DNA from: an uncultured Candidatus Saccharibacteria bacterium
Lineage (GTDB): Bacteria; Patescibacteriota; Minisyncoccia; Phycocordibacterales; UBA2100
Direction: 5' to 3'
Assembly: GCA_964351105.1 (NCBI GenBank)
Contig: CAYGMC010000003.1
Span: 1-47,715, forward strand
DNA length: 47,715 bases
Below the pieces are notes generated by a model that searched no databases, was not told where the DNA came from, and saw only the letters and a program-made list of their open reading frames with translations. Shown piece by piece: positions 33,447-43,294 of this stretch; the first letter of the stretch is position 1, and the number at the start of each line of letters is the position of its first letter. A program made the translations under genes and the position numbers.

Positions 33447-35408
33447 TCATTTCACCACTTTTGCGTTGATCGAAGAAAACCCAGGATCTCCCACTATATT
33501 TGTCGTTACGTTTTTGGCGTTTTTTGTGATTGGGAGGTCCGTGGATGCGTCGACTCCTGTTACTTTGATATTTTGCACGAGCACGGGTTCTGAACCAATT
33601 TGGGATGTCGATGGAGTAAGACCAACTTCGATAATGATTTGTCGCGGGTCACTCCCGCCCAAGCCTGCTCCGGGGGCGATGTCGCCTACCTGCCACGTAA
33701 AGAGGCCTGTTCTGCTGTCGAAATTTGCTTTTTCGGATGCTGGCTGATACGTGTTGTTGCCCGCAAGTCGTACATAGGGAGGAAGCGCGGCCGTAACCAC
33801 CGCATTCTTAATCATATTGGTGGTGTTGGTGATGGTGAAAACAATCGCGTAAGTGGTTTCAGATTCGGCTCTTGGTGGCATCGGGCCTGCGGCATTGAAC
33901 GGATCGGTGAAGTAGCGTCCTTGCGCGGTAATCTGAAGCTCGCTCGCGACGACGATTTTTTGATTTGCCGTCGACTGCAAATTTTCCGGCACTCCTTTTT
34001 CGTCAATGCGGGCACCGGCGGCTGATACGGATATGTCGAGGACTGGATTTTCTATTCCTTGCAAATCGACCGAGGATGGGATTTGGAACGTGAAACCGAG
34101 CATACCACTATCGCCGGCTGGGATCGACGTGAGTTGGCTAGCCGCAGTTGTCTTGTCCCAAATGACCGAATTGTCGGTGGATCGGTAAAAACCATCGTCT
34201 CCGTGTACTGATGAGCCATCGATCGCCAGGCCAGAAAGCCGTGCAACGATGACGGCATTTTGAATCGCCGTCGAAAGATTGTTTTTATACGACACGGATG
34301 CACGCACTGTGTCGCCGGGCGCAACGGTCAACAATCGAGAGCTGGGTTTGCCATTCACAGAAAATGCGAGATCGAGAAACGGTCGTGTGATATTCACCGC
34401 GAGCGATGTATCCGCAAGCGGCGCATCAACCGACGTAGACGTTGCCGACATCTTAGTACCTGCAACGAATTGAAATATACGATTATCTCCAATCTCGCCA
34501 GAAAGAATCCCATTGATCGTTATAGTTTTTGAAATACCAGGGAAGATCGTGCCCAAATCCCAGACACCCGATTGGTCTTGTCTTGGTTCTGAAGATGCAA
34601 GTTTGAATCCAAATGGACTACTCATTGAGAGCAATACTCCATAGATAGGTTGGTTTGCATTGGAAGATACCGTGACCGTCATTTGCGTCTGTTGACCAGA
34701 TACTGCCTGGGTATTGCCGTCGACAGATATTGATAGTGGTGAAGAGATGAAAACAAAACTGTAGTCAGAAGATGCCACAAATATTGAGTTGGATCTTCCG
34801 AGACGATACTCGAGTTCGGCCGATACCGTGGCATGTTGGCCTGCTCCTCCTGCATATACTGCGGGAAATTTGACTGCATTGGATGTACCTGGTGGCATCG
34901 TCCCGAGCGAAACGCGACACGATCCAGCGGTACAAATATCGGACTTGAGGCGCGTACCTGGCGGAAATGTAACGATGAGTTCTGCGAGCTCCAGATCTTC
35001 ACGATTGCGATTGGTAACGGACACTTCGATATTTGCAAGCTCTCCGCCCGCTATTTGAGACGGACCAGATATTGCGATGTCGATGTTGCGCGCCGAAATT
35101 GCCGAAGCTCCGCCAAAATACAAGTAGTACACAAAAAAAGCGACGGCACACACGAAAAATGTGAGGGCGGCAAAAAAAGCCCATTTCAAGATATTGCGTG
35201 TATACGAAGGTCGCGGTGGTCGCATTATCGCCTCAAGCGGCAATGCGACACTTTTTTCGGAATCCTCATGCTTCCAATCTTCTGGCACCACTGTTGTGTC
35301 TGGATCAAATTCCCTACGCCCCCGCAGTCCCATGTCGTCGGTGTATTTTCGAGAATACATCGCACGGCGCAGACGTCCTATTTTTTCCTCTTCATGATAC
35401 GGAGGCAT
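33447..35408 (-). CDS. Hypothetical single-pass membrane protein with a large extracellular multi-beta-sandwich region
   Basis: A charged N-terminal cytoplasmic tail, a TM (WAFFAALTFFVCAVAFFVYYLYF), then about 550 aa of repeated beta-rich modules (CARDB/DUF11-like feel). The ATG at 35408 is used (the track start is TTG). Confidence 0.6.
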   Translation of the reverse strand: MPPYHEEEKIGRLRRAMYSRKYTDDMGLRGRREFDPDTTVVPEDWKHEDSEKSVALPLEAIMRPPRPSYTRNILKWAFFAALTFFVCAVAFFVYYLYFGGASAISARNIDIAISGPSQIAGGELANIEVSVTNRNREDLELAELIVTFPPGTRLKSDICTAGSCRVSLGTMPPGTSNAVKFPAVYAGGAGQHATVSAELEYRLGRSNSIFVASSDYSFVFISSPLSISVDGNTQAVSGQQTQMTVTVSSNANQPIYGVLLSMSSPFGFKLASSEPRQDQSGVWDLGTIFPGISKTITINGILSGEIGDNRIFQFVAGTKMSATSTSVDAPLADTSLAVNITRPFLDLAFSVNGKPSSRLLTVAPGDTVRASVSYKNNLSTAIQNAVIVARLSGLAIDGSSVHGDDGFYRSTDNSVIWDKTTAASQLTSIPAGDSGMLGFTFQIPSSVDLQGIENPVLDISVSAAGARIDEKGVPENLQSTANQKIVVASELQITAQGRYFTDPFNAAGPMPPRAESETTYAIVFTITNTTNMIKNAVVTAALPPYVRLAGNNTYQPASEKANFDSRTGLFTWQVGDIAPGAGLGGSDPRQIIIEVGLTPSTSQIGSEPVLVQNIKVTGVDASTDLPITKNAKNVTTNIVGDPGFSSINAKVVK

Positions 35409-35431
35409 CACCAAAATTGTACCACGCGCCG

Positions 35432-35869
35432 TTATGTGAGTTTCAAACTGTACGGATTCGTTTCCTTGCGCTCAAAACCAAGCTTTTGGTAGAGTTTGTT
35501 TCCTGCAACGCGCTCCGGCCTGCTGGTAAGGTAGAGTGTTTTTATATGTTCTGTTCGCGCCGTATCAATCAAAGCGCGCATGATTTTTTCGCCCAACCCC
35601 TGTCCCCGATACCCACTATCAACCACGACATCCTCAATGTGGCCACCGCGCTTGCCAAATTTGGTGATCATGTACAGTGTCGCCATGCCGACGATACGCC
35701 CATCATCTTTTGCGACGACAAGTGCCACGTTTTGGTCTTCGACAATGCTCTGCAGGTCACCGATTGAACCCAACTTTTCTTTAGGATTTTCTCGCAATTG
35801 GGGCAACAATTGATTGATCTCCCCCAGCGCCTGTTCACTCACCTCAAGTTGGCGCTCAATGATAATCAT
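35432..35869 (-). CDS. GNAT-family N-acetyltransferase
   Basis: IEDVVVDSGYRGQGLGEKIMRALIDTA...NKLYQKLGF is GNAT motif A/B. The true ATG at 35869 overlaps the kbl stop (ATGA). The 241-aa track ORF is an upstream out-of-gene extension. Confidence 0.8.
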   Translation of the reverse strand: MIIIERQLEVSEQALGEINQLLPQLRENPKEKLGSIGDLQSIVEDQNVALVVAKDDGRIVGMATLYMITKFGKRGGHIEDVVVDSGYRGQGLGEKIMRALIDTARTEHIKTLYLTSRPERVAGNKLYQKLGFERKETNPYSLKLT

Positions 35870-37056
35870 GAAAGTACGCCAAATTTTTTGGCAACGAGCG
35901 TGAACTTTTCTACTGCCGTCGCAATATCTTCTTCGGTGTGCGCCGCAGAGACTTGCACGCGGATACGCGCCTTTCCTTTTGGCACCACGGGATAAGCAAA
36001 ACCGATGACGTAGATGCCCTCTTCGAGGAGCGCTTTGGCCATGTCGACCGCCATTTTTTCGTCGCCCAGCATGATTGGCGTAATCGGGTGCTGTGCCTCG
36101 GAAACGGTAAATCCTTTTTCGCGCATTGCCGTGCGAAATGCTTTTACATTTGCCCACAGTTTTTCACGAAGTTCTGGGTGCTTCGGTAAATAATCGCGCA
36201 CGACCGCGAACGACGCGCCCACGACCGCCGTGTCGAGTGCGTTGGAAAAGAGGTACGTGCGCGAACGATTGCGAAGATAATCCGCTATCTCTGTGCGCGA
36301 GGCGGTAAAAGCACCTCCCGCGCCGCCGAGTGCCTTGCCAAACGTGCCTGTGAGAAAATCGACACGTCCTTTCACTCCGCACGCTTGTGGAGTGCCTGCG
36401 CCCATATCTCCCATCACGCCGGTTGCGTGTGCATCGTCTACCATCACGAGCGCGTCGTATTTGTCGGCCAAATCACAAATTTCTTTGAGTGGCGCGATGT
36501 CACCATCCATGCTGAACACGCCGTCGGTCGCTATTACCCGCAATCGCTTGTCTTTTGTCGCTTTCAATTTTTCTTCCAAATCCGCCATATCCATGTGCTT
36601 AAAAACATGCCGCTCGGCTTTGGAAAGTCGCACGGCGTCGATGATGGATGCATGATTGAGTTCGTCGCTGATGATTGCGTCTTGATCACCAAAAAACGTT
36701 TGGAATAGTCCGAGATTGGCCATAAAGCACGAGGAGTAGAGCACGGCATCTTCCATTTCGGTAAAATCAGCGATTGCACGTTCGAGCTCCTTGTGAATCG
36801 TTTGTGTGCCACAAATGAAACGAACCGACGCGAGGCCATAGCCCCACCTCTGTACTGCTTGTTCAGAAAGTTTTTCCATCTCGGAAGTGCCGGAGAGACC
36901 GAGATAATTGTTGGAACAAAAATTGAGTAACTTTTTCCCACCGACGACAATCTCTCTCCCCTGCGGAGACTCAAGCACACGCTCAGTCTTGTACGTGCCA
37001 TTTTCTCGCATCGCGGCGAGCTCGTCCGAGAGAATTTGTTTGAATTTGCCGTACAT
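35866..37056 (-). CDS. kbl: 2-amino-3-ketobutyrate CoA ligase (glycine C-acetyltransferase)
   Basis: LNFCSNNYLGLSG, DELNHASIIDAVR, VDDAHATGVMG and the PLP-lysine context GTFGKALGG are typical of Kbl/AONS-family enzymes. It is adjacent to tdh. Confidence 0.9.
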   Translation of the reverse strand: MYGKFKQILSDELAAMRENGTYKTERVLESPQGREIVVGGKKLLNFCSNNYLGLSGTSEMEKLSEQAVQRWGYGLASVRFICGTQTIHKELERAIADFTEMEDAVLYSSCFMANLGLFQTFFGDQDAIISDELNHASIIDAVRLSKAERHVFKHMDMADLEEKLKATKDKRLRVIATDGVFSMDGDIAPLKEICDLADKYDALVMVDDAHATGVMGDMGAGTPQACGVKGRVDFLTGTFGKALGGAGGAFTASRTEIADYLRNRSRTYLFSNALDTAVVGASFAVVRDYLPKHPELREKLWANVKAFRTAMREKGFTVSEAQHPITPIMLGDEKMAVDMAKALLEEGIYVIGFAYPVVPKGKARIRVQVSAAHTEEDIATAVEKFTLVAKKFGVLS

Positions 37057-37061
37057 AAAAT

Positions 37062-38288
37062 TTATCCGTTTACTTTAAACAAAATCTTTGGATGTTTGTT
37101 CATCGCCGCTTCAAAACCCTCTGCACTGTATTCGCTCATCGGCAAAATGGTGCCTTCGCCTTTTTTGAGAATCACGTTCCAGATCGCGTCTTGAATGCCA
37201 TTCGTCTTATCGGAGAGCATGCGTTGTGAGATTTGCCATGTTTTGAAAATTTCACGACCGATGACGCCGTGAATGGTGAGTCCACGCACGATGACATTCG
37301 GCGAGAAGTTTGGAATCGTCATGTCTCCGTCTTTGATACCGAAAGCGATCACGTGTCCGCCACGACGAGTTGCGAGAATACAGTTGTTGAGCGAAGCGGC
37401 TGGCCCCGCCATTTCCATTGTTACATCGACGCCCTTGCCATAGGTGAGCTCCATAATGCGCGCGATAACTTCTGGATTGCTGTCTGATTCACCCGCCAGA
37501 CCGGACGACTCCTGTCGTTCGGGCGGGTTTTCGATCAATATCGTCTCGTGCGCGCCGAGCTCTTTTGCCATTTGCAAATTATCCGCATTCACATCGACGG
37601 CAATTATTTTTGCCGCACCAAAATATTTGAGGAGAAGAATTGCAAACATGCCGATAGGACCTGCGCCAAACACGGCGACGCGCTGGCCGCGAAAGTCTAC
37701 CTTGGTCGTGGCGTGCACGGCGTTGCCAAACGGATCGAGAATGGATGCGATTTCGGGGCGGATGCGATTTTGATCCACTGCCCATAAGTTTTTGGCAGGA
37801 ATTTTTACGTACTCCGCATAAATGCCATCGATTGAAATTCCCAAAATTGCTTCGTTCATGCACACGTGTTCTTCGCCAATGCGACACTGGTAGCATCGGC
37901 CACAGGTAACGTGCGAATCGCCAGAAGCAAGCCCGCCCACCTCAATCTTCACCGGATTCTTTTCGTCGAGATCGTTGTAAAGCCGCGGCACCATTGCGCC
38001 CATTTCTACTATCTCCCCCACGAATTCATGTCCCATGATGCGGAGATTCTTTTTTTCACGCTCGAGCGATGAGTGGAGCAAATCGCGAAAAGCGGCACGG
38101 TGCCAGAGCCCCCTGTCGGTCCCGCACACACCTGCGTATTTGATTTTGAGAATGACGGAGAGCGAATCTTCTGGATTATTTGGGTCCAATACTGGCATGG
38201 GTACCTCACGTAGAGTAAAACCTTTACTGGTCGTCCAGCCATCCTTTTCCTTGTCGAATGTAAGCGCCTGTATAGTTTTGGACGTCAT
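37062..38288 (-). CDS. tdh: Zinc-dependent L-threonine 3-dehydrogenase-like alcohol dehydrogenase
   Basis: GVCGTDRGLW, GHEFVGEIVE, the structural-zinc motif CGRCYQCRIGEEHVC and the Rossmann GAGPIGMFAILL. The ATG at 38288 has an AGGTGG SD. It contains an about 20-aa acidic insert and is operonic with kbl. Confidence 0.8.
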   Translation of the reverse strand: MTSKTIQALTFDKEKDGWTTSKGFTLREVPMPVLDPNNPEDSLSVILKIKYAGVCGTDRGLWHRAAFRDLLHSSLEREKKNLRIMGHEFVGEIVEMGAMVPRLYNDLDEKNPVKIEVGGLASGDSHVTCGRCYQCRIGEEHVCMNEAILGISIDGIYAEYVKIPAKNLWAVDQNRIRPEIASILDPFGNAVHATTKVDFRGQRVAVFGAGPIGMFAILLLKYFGAAKIIAVDVNADNLQMAKELGAHETILIENPPERQESSGLAGESDSNPEVIARIMELTYGKGVDVTMEMAGPAASLNNCILATRRGGHVIAFGIKDGDMTIPNFSPNVIVRGLTIHGVIGREIFKTWQISQRMLSDKTNGIQDAIWNVILKKGEGTILPMSEYSAEGFEAAMNKHPKILFKVNG

Positions 38289-38416
38289 AGAGCCACCTAA
38301 TCTTACCGCATTCAAGTCCATGGTACGACATTGTGTTTTATTGTTTAATGTGACATAATGTCGATAGGTACAAACCTGTTCTCGTCTCTTCCCCGCAACA
38401 ACGTGAGGTAAAAAAC

Positions 38417-38932
38417 ATGACGGACCTGACTCGAGTTATATCGGCAATGCGGGCAATAAGCCCCGTAGTCGTCACTGCCGCTCTGGATGCGGTGCAGTCG
38501 AGAGATCCTGAAGCTGGAATTCTCATCGCAAAACTCGAGGAGACACCTGTCTCTGCGGGAAAGCAACTCTATCACTTCTACGTAGCCCGAGTGCTGGGTA
38601 TCGATGAAGGTCAACACTATGTAACTCCACATCTGCATCTCATCGGCGATGAAGCGTACCGGTTTATCGAAGGCCGAGGTGAAATGTACATCGGCATGTT
38701 GATTAACGGAGATGATGTCACGTGGTTGAAGCCAATCAAAACATCGGAAGATGCGGAGTACGTCATCCGCGAGGGTGAGGCGCATTGCCTTCGGAATCTC
38801 GGCAACGAGCCACTCGACTTCATTTTCGCCTGTCCCGAGAGCCACTTGAAGGACGCTAGCCCTCAAGGTGGCGACCGATATATCGTGAAAGATTACAAAA
38901 ACGGTGTGCCGCCACACTTTCCGGAATCGTGA
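38417..38932 (+). CDS. Cupin-domain protein
   Basis: TPHLHLIGDEAYRFIEGRGEM ... VIREGEAHCLRNLG fits the two cupin motifs. A GAGG SD lies 8 nt upstream and a terminator follows. It is preferred over the fully overlapping antisense ORF 38345-38944. Confidence 0.6.
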   Translation: MTDLTRVISAMRAISPVVVTAALDAVQSRDPEAGILIAKLEETPVSAGKQLYHFYVARVLGIDEGQHYVTPHLHLIGDEAYRFIEGRGEMYIGMLINGDDVTWLKPIKTSEDAEYVIREGEAHCLRNLGNEPLDFIFACPESHLKDASPQGGDRYIVKDYKNGVPPHFPES

Positions 38933-38946
38933 CAGCTTCGCCAACG

Positions 38947-38980
38947 CCCGCCGGGGAAACTCGGCGGGTAAACATTTTTT
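38947..38980 (+). terminator. Terminator after the cupin gene
   Basis: CCCGCCG-8 nt-CGGCGGG followed by TAAACATTTTTT. Confidence 0.55.
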
Positions 38981-39551
38981 ATAGTTGTGTTTCTGCGATT
39001 GCTTTATTCACGGAAGACAGGAGCTGGTCGTACATAGTCTTTGCTTCTTCGAGATGCGGAGCTCCGTAGGTGGTGTGCGTGAAGAGCGTCGTCTCGAGAG
39101 CATCATTGGAGAGATAGCCGAGGGTGTATAAGACGCGGGCAACACAAACTATTTCGATAGTCGGCCACAATGCGCCATTTTCCTGCAGTAAGGCATCGTG
39201 CGCTTCCGAAAGAGCGGCAAATAAATACTCATTTTGCTCTTCGCCTTGAACAAGCCTGAGCACAAGTTCTGAAATTCGCGCAAAAGCGGTGAGACAGGGG
39301 GTGCTCGTGAACGACGAATCTGCGGACGACGCTCCTGCAAGTCGCCAACCGCGCTTGCCACGCACAAGCCCTACATTGGCGCGAGCATAATTCTGGAGCG
39401 CGTAGCGCATCTTAGACTTCTCGCCACGCACCGCGCTCGCGCGGGCGCGAATGAGACCAAAATCGTGCGTGAAGAGTGCAAAGGTCTTATCAGCTTCACC
39501 TTGTTCGTAGCTTTTCAATACCAGCGCGTCCGTTTGGTATTTTTGGTACAT
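38979..39551 (-). CDS. recO: DNA repair protein RecO (short)
   Basis: TDALVLKSYEQGEADKTFALFTHDFGLIRARASAVRGEKSKMRYALQ is the RecO N-terminal OB-fold pattern. Confidence 0.8.
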   Translation of the reverse strand: MYQKYQTDALVLKSYEQGEADKTFALFTHDFGLIRARASAVRGEKSKMRYALQNYARANVGLVRGKRGWRLAGASSADSSFTSTPCLTAFARISELVLRLVQGEEQNEYLFAALSEAHDALLQENGALWPTIEIVCVARVLYTLGYLSNDALETTLFTHTTYGAPHLEEAKTMYDQLLSSVNKAIAETQL

Positions 39552-39553
39552 GA

Positions 39554-42436
39554 CTATTCAAATACGATGTCCGTGTTCGTTTCTTTTTGTAGGTGCTCTT
39601 TGTTTTTTTCAATAAAGGCAAAATTATCCGCGGTGCGACCGACGGTGTACGTGCCCTGATCCTTTGGATGCAAATTACTCTCCTTGCGGAATGCTTGAAT
39701 ATCGCGCACCACATCGCGGAGCATCCCCTCTTGGCGAAGATCGTGGGTGATGTTCGTATCAAGCGCAATATCTTGACCCGTTAAGATTTTTTTGACATTT
39801 ACTTCGTCGGCGATGATAGCGATGTATTCATCAGCGAGTTTTACACTTTCTGGCACGGTGAGCGTGGCGAGCGGTTGGCGAACTTTTATTTTGGCTGTAT
39901 CTCGAGCCTCGAGTGCTTTTGAAACGATCTCCCGCGCGGAGCGCATGTGCGCAACGACACTGTCGTCAGCGACCTGCGCGTGAGCCCACGAAGACAAATG
40001 CACGCTTTCTTCGTCCTGTTCTGTTTTCAATTCCTGCCACAATCGTTCGGCCATAAAAGGCGCAAACGGCGCAATCATCTTCGATGTCTCGAGCAGAATA
40101 AAAAGAGTTGTCGAAAGTGCTGCTTTTTTACTTGTCCCGAGCGGAGTCGAGGGATCGCCTACATCCTCCCCCTTGATGCGATCACGCGAACGACGCAGGT
40201 ACCACGTGGAAAGATCGTCGACAAAGAGCGCAAGCGGGCGCGTGGCGGAGGTGAGATCGTATACATCCATTGCTTCGGTAATTTCACCGTGTGTTTGTCG
40301 TAGTCGCGCAATTATCCACCGGTCGAGCACATGCGTACTCGTATCACTCGCGGCATGCGCCACATCCGCCGCATAGAGTGTGTAAAAAGAAAGCACATTT
40401 TCAAGACGCGTCAGGACGCTTTTCCATTCTGCAACCCCTCTTTCGGAGAACGAGAGATTTTCCGCCTGCATAACGGGCGATGCGAGAAGGTAAAGGCGAA
40501 GCGCATCGGCGCCATACTTCTCCACAATATCCATCGGATCGGGATAATTCTTGAGCTTTTTCGACATCTTCTTGCCGTCTTCCGCCAAGACGATGCCGTT
40601 GACGATTACATTTTGAAACGCATTTTTCTCCAATACGGCTCCCCCGAGTACGTGCAAGTAGTAAAACCACGCGCGCGTCTGATCGAGGCCTTCGGCGATA
40701 AACTGCGCAGGAAAAGCGGCATCAAATTGTTCTTTATTTTCAAAAGGATAGTGCTTCTCCCCATATGGCATCGAGCCAGAATCAAACCATGTGTCGAGTA
40801 CGTCGGGAATGCGGCGCATTTCCCCATCACACGTCCAACAAGAAAAAACAATCTCGTCGACGACGTGTTTGTGCAGATCGTCTATTTTTTTGCCACACGC
40901 TTCTTCAAGCTCCGCCGCCGAACCAAACACCTTGTTTGTTTTGCACTTATCGCAACGCCAAATCGGAATGACACTCGCCCAAAAACGCTGACGGGAAATA
41001 GACCAGTCGCGCGCGCCTTCGAGCCATTTGCCAAATCTTCCCTCTTTGATATGTGCTGGCGACCAGTTGATTGCCTCGGCATTTTTGAGCAGATTTTCTT
41101 TTATCTTGGTCACAGAAACAAACCACGAACTCGTCGCATAATTCAAAAGCGGTGTGTCGCAACGCCAACAATGCGGATATGAGTGCGTGATGTTTTCTTT
41201 CGAAAAAAATGACCCTTGCTCTTGCAGGTACTTGAGTACTGCGATGTCGGTACCGAGGCGTGTCTTGTCGTCATCCGAACGGGGCTTCACCTCCATGCCC
41301 ACAAAGTCTTTGACCTCTGGCTTGAACGTCCCATCCATTTCAACATGCTGAACAAACGGCAAATTAACTCTTTTGCCCAATTCCCAATCGTCGGCGCCAA
41401 AAGCCGGTGCTTCGTGCGCAATCCCCGTCCCACTCTCTGCCGTCACAAAATCCGCCGCATATACCTTCCAGCCATTCTCACGATTCTTAAGATTTTTGTC
41501 GTTGACGTAGTAATCAAACGGGGGTTCGTATTCAAGGCCGACGAGTTCGCTCCCACGAACGACTTTCTGATCGTCTCCATCTTTCTTTGCACGAATAAAC
41601 GACGCACCGTCTTGTTCAAACACGATGTATTCAATATCGTCTCCAACAGCCAACGCGACATTCCCCGGCAATGTCCACGGCGTAGTCGTCCATGCGAGAA
41701 TGTACACGTCGCCCGAAAGTCCGATCTTTTCCGGATTTTTCAACTTAAACTTCACCGTTACTGCAATGTCTTTTACGTCCTTGTACCCTTCAGACACTTC
41801 TTGTTGACTAAGCGTCGTCTCGCAACGTGGGCAGATGTACATAGCACGGTAGTCTTCGTACACGAGGCCTTTGTCGTAGAGCTGTTTGAAGACCCACCAC
41901 ACAGATTCCATGAATGATTTGTCCATCGTGCGGTAGGCATTTTTCATATCGGCCCAACGGCCAATGCGCGGGATTATCTTTTCCCACTCGCTCGCGTAGG
42001 TAAGCACGCGTTCGCGGCACGCTTCGTTGAATTTGGCGACGCCGTATTCTTTGATGTCTTTCTTGTGCTTAAATCCGAGTTCTTTTTCAACGATGTTTTC
42101 TATCGGCAATCCATGACAATCCCACCCCCATACGCGCGGCACGCGATATCCGCGCATCGTCCAGTATCGCGGTATTGCGTCTTTGATGACGCTCGCGACG
42201 ATGTGCCCGTAGTGAGGCAAACCCGTCGCAAAAGGTGGGCCGTCATAAAAAACGTATTCGCCATTCGGCGCATCTTTCTCTACAGATTTCTTGAAAATAT
42301 CGCGTTCATTCCAAAACGCGAGCGTAGCTTCCTCCCTTTTCGCAACTTCAGACTTTGCCTCGCCAAAGCCCTGTGCGGAGGCGGGTTTTTCTATATTTTC
42401 AGCCATTCTGAGTATCGTAGCAAAATACGAGCTCAT
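39554..42436 (-). CDS. ileS: Isoleucyl-tRNA synthetase (type 2-like)
   Basis: FYDGPPFATGLPHYGHI (HIGH), the CP1 editing domain, KMSKKLKN (KMSKS) and a length of about 950-960 aa. An alternative ATG is at 42406. Confidence 0.96.
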   Translation of the reverse strand: MSSYFATILRMAENIEKPASAQGFGEAKSEVAKREEATLAFWNERDIFKKSVEKDAPNGEYVFYDGPPFATGLPHYGHIVASVIKDAIPRYWTMRGYRVPRVWGWDCHGLPIENIVEKELGFKHKKDIKEYGVAKFNEACRERVLTYASEWEKIIPRIGRWADMKNAYRTMDKSFMESVWWVFKQLYDKGLVYEDYRAMYICPRCETTLSQQEVSEGYKDVKDIAVTVKFKLKNPEKIGLSGDVYILAWTTTPWTLPGNVALAVGDDIEYIVFEQDGASFIRAKKDGDDQKVVRGSELVGLEYEPPFDYYVNDKNLKNRENGWKVYAADFVTAESGTGIAHEAPAFGADDWELGKRVNLPFVQHVEMDGTFKPEVKDFVGMEVKPRSDDDKTRLGTDIAVLKYLQEQGSFFSKENITHSYPHCWRCDTPLLNYATSSWFVSVTKIKENLLKNAEAINWSPAHIKEGRFGKWLEGARDWSISRQRFWASVIPIWRCDKCKTNKVFGSAAELEEACGKKIDDLHKHVVDEIVFSCWTCDGEMRRIPDVLDTWFDSGSMPYGEKHYPFENKEQFDAAFPAQFIAEGLDQTRAWFYYLHVLGGAVLEKNAFQNVIVNGIVLAEDGKKMSKKLKNYPDPMDIVEKYGADALRLYLLASPVMQAENLSFSERGVAEWKSVLTRLENVLSFYTLYAADVAHAASDTSTHVLDRWIIARLRQTHGEITEAMDVYDLTSATRPLALFVDDLSTWYLRRSRDRIKGEDVGDPSTPLGTSKKAALSTTLFILLETSKMIAPFAPFMAERLWQELKTEQDEESVHLSSWAHAQVADDSVVAHMRSAREIVSKALEARDTAKIKVRQPLATLTVPESVKLADEYIAIIADEVNVKKILTGQDIALDTNITHDLRQEGMLRDVVRDIQAFRKESNLHPKDQGTYTVGRTADNFAFIEKNKEHLQKETNTDIVFE

Positions 42437-42453
42437 CTGCGAGACATCTATTG

Positions 42454-42549
42454 CGGAGAATTTCTTGGAGAAATTCCCCCTGAATCGTCAAATTTTATTG
42501 GATAAAATTTGACGATTCACATCTTCTCCGGTGCAGAGATGCCGAGTAT
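42454..42549 (-). repeat. 96-nt repeat module, copy L (HAD 3' end plus double hairpin)
   Basis: It matches 43295-43390 at 91/96 positions. It contains the last 10 codons plus stop of the HAD gene, the 39-nt palindrome 42481-42519 and the hairpin GAATTTCT-TGG-AGAAATTC. Confidence 0.85.
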
Positions 42550-43167
42550 TTCGAGCGTGAGGTCGGTGAGATTATGGACATTGACATCTGCCGGACTTTC
42601 ATTTTCAGTAACATGAGTAAGTAGCCCGACACAAAACATGCCTGCGGCTTTTGCCCCCATCATCCCATGAAGTCCATCTTCGATAACAACACAGTCGCTT
42701 GGAGCAACTCTTAATCGTTTTGCGGCAAGTAGAAATACGTCAGGGGCGGGCTTGCCATTTGCAACTTCATTTCCACTTGCGATAGCAGAGAACAACGGTC
42801 TTAGTGCCAACTCTTCGAGAACAAAGTCGATGTAGTCGAGTGCTGATCCCGATGCAACGGCCATGGGAATCATACGATCGTGCAACATTTTGATGATTTC
42901 AGAAGCACCAGGAACCACTTTGATATGCGCGCCAGCCATGAGCGCGTTACGTTTTTGGACAATCTCCTCAATTGGCGGCATAGATTGTCCAACCTCTCTA
43001 AACAACTGTCCGAATTGATCAACGTCTGAAACTCCTGAAAATCGTCGCGCCATCTCCTCTGGATCTACGTATATGCCGTATTCCTCCATGACCTTACTTT
43101 CCGCCGCACTGTAAATGTGCTGCGTATCGGAGATAACTCCATCCATGTCGAAAATGACGGCCTTCAT
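42517..43167 (-). CDS. HAD-superfamily hydrolase (beta-phosphoglucomutase/phosphatase-like, subfamily IA)
   Basis: MKAVIFDMDGVISDT (motif I DxDG), ASGS (motif II) and VIEDGLHGMMGAKAAGM (motif IV-like). The C-terminal 10 aa are shared with ArgRS (see findings). Confidence 0.88.
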   Translation of the reverse strand: MKAVIFDMDGVISDTQHIYSAAESKVMEEYGIYVDPEEMARRFSGVSDVDQFGQLFREVGQSMPPIEEIVQKRNALMAGAHIKVVPGASEIIKMLHDRMIPMAVASGSALDYIDFVLEELALRPLFSAIASGNEVANGKPAPDVFLLAAKRLRVAPSDCVVIEDGLHGMMGAKAAGMFCVGLLTHVTENESPADVNVHNLTDLTLEILGISAPEKM

Positions 43168-43207
43168 ACGTAGTACGAAGTATAATATGAAGTTCTATTG
43201 GGTCCTT

Positions 43208-43287
43208 CTACGGAGAATTTCTTGGAGAAATATGGTCCAAGACCCGAATGTGCTCATTCGCCCGTGAATCATCAAATTTTATTGGAT
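43208..43287 (-). repeat. Broken third copy of the repeat module
   Basis: CTACGGAGAATTTCTTGGAGAAAT (43208-43231) and GTGAATCATCAAATTTTATTGGAT (43264-43287) are separated by an unrelated 32-nt insert. Only one arm of the long hairpin remains. Confidence 0.7.
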
Positions 43288-43294
43288 CCTGCTA

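Noticed and set aside
32271-33593. A 440-aa ORF on the plus strand, fully antisense to glyQS. It is tempting in the light of class I/II sense-antisense ideas.
   Set aside because: It is in the codon-aligned antisense frame, where stops arise only from sense TTA/CTA/TCA codons. Avoidance of those codons explains the open frame. The translated sequence is Arg/Cys/Phe/His-rich nonsense, while GlyRS on the other strand is unmistakable. The same explanation holds for the antisense ORFs in ileS (40331-41182), argS (43535-44140), metG (30608-31159) and ftsK (13343-13960, 11839-12588).
35870-36157. The N-terminal 96 codons of the 241-aa track ORF (35432-36157).
   Set aside because: This extension overlaps the 3' part of kbl in another frame and is Arg/Gly-rich. 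The GNAT domain starts at the ATG at 35869, which overlaps the kbl stop.
38345-38944. A 199-aa minus-strand ORF covering the same DNA as the cupin gene.
   Set aside because: The plus-strand ORF has cupin motifs, a GAGG SD and a downstream terminator. The minus-strand product has no recognisable features. It remains a formal alternative.
42437-42520. A possible T-box or other leader upstream of ileS, given the structured repeat there.
   Set aside because: Only about 80-110 nt are available, and there is no specifier-loop/T-box consensus. The same sequence recurs downstream of argS, so it behaves as a 3'-end/terminator module rather than an ileS leader.
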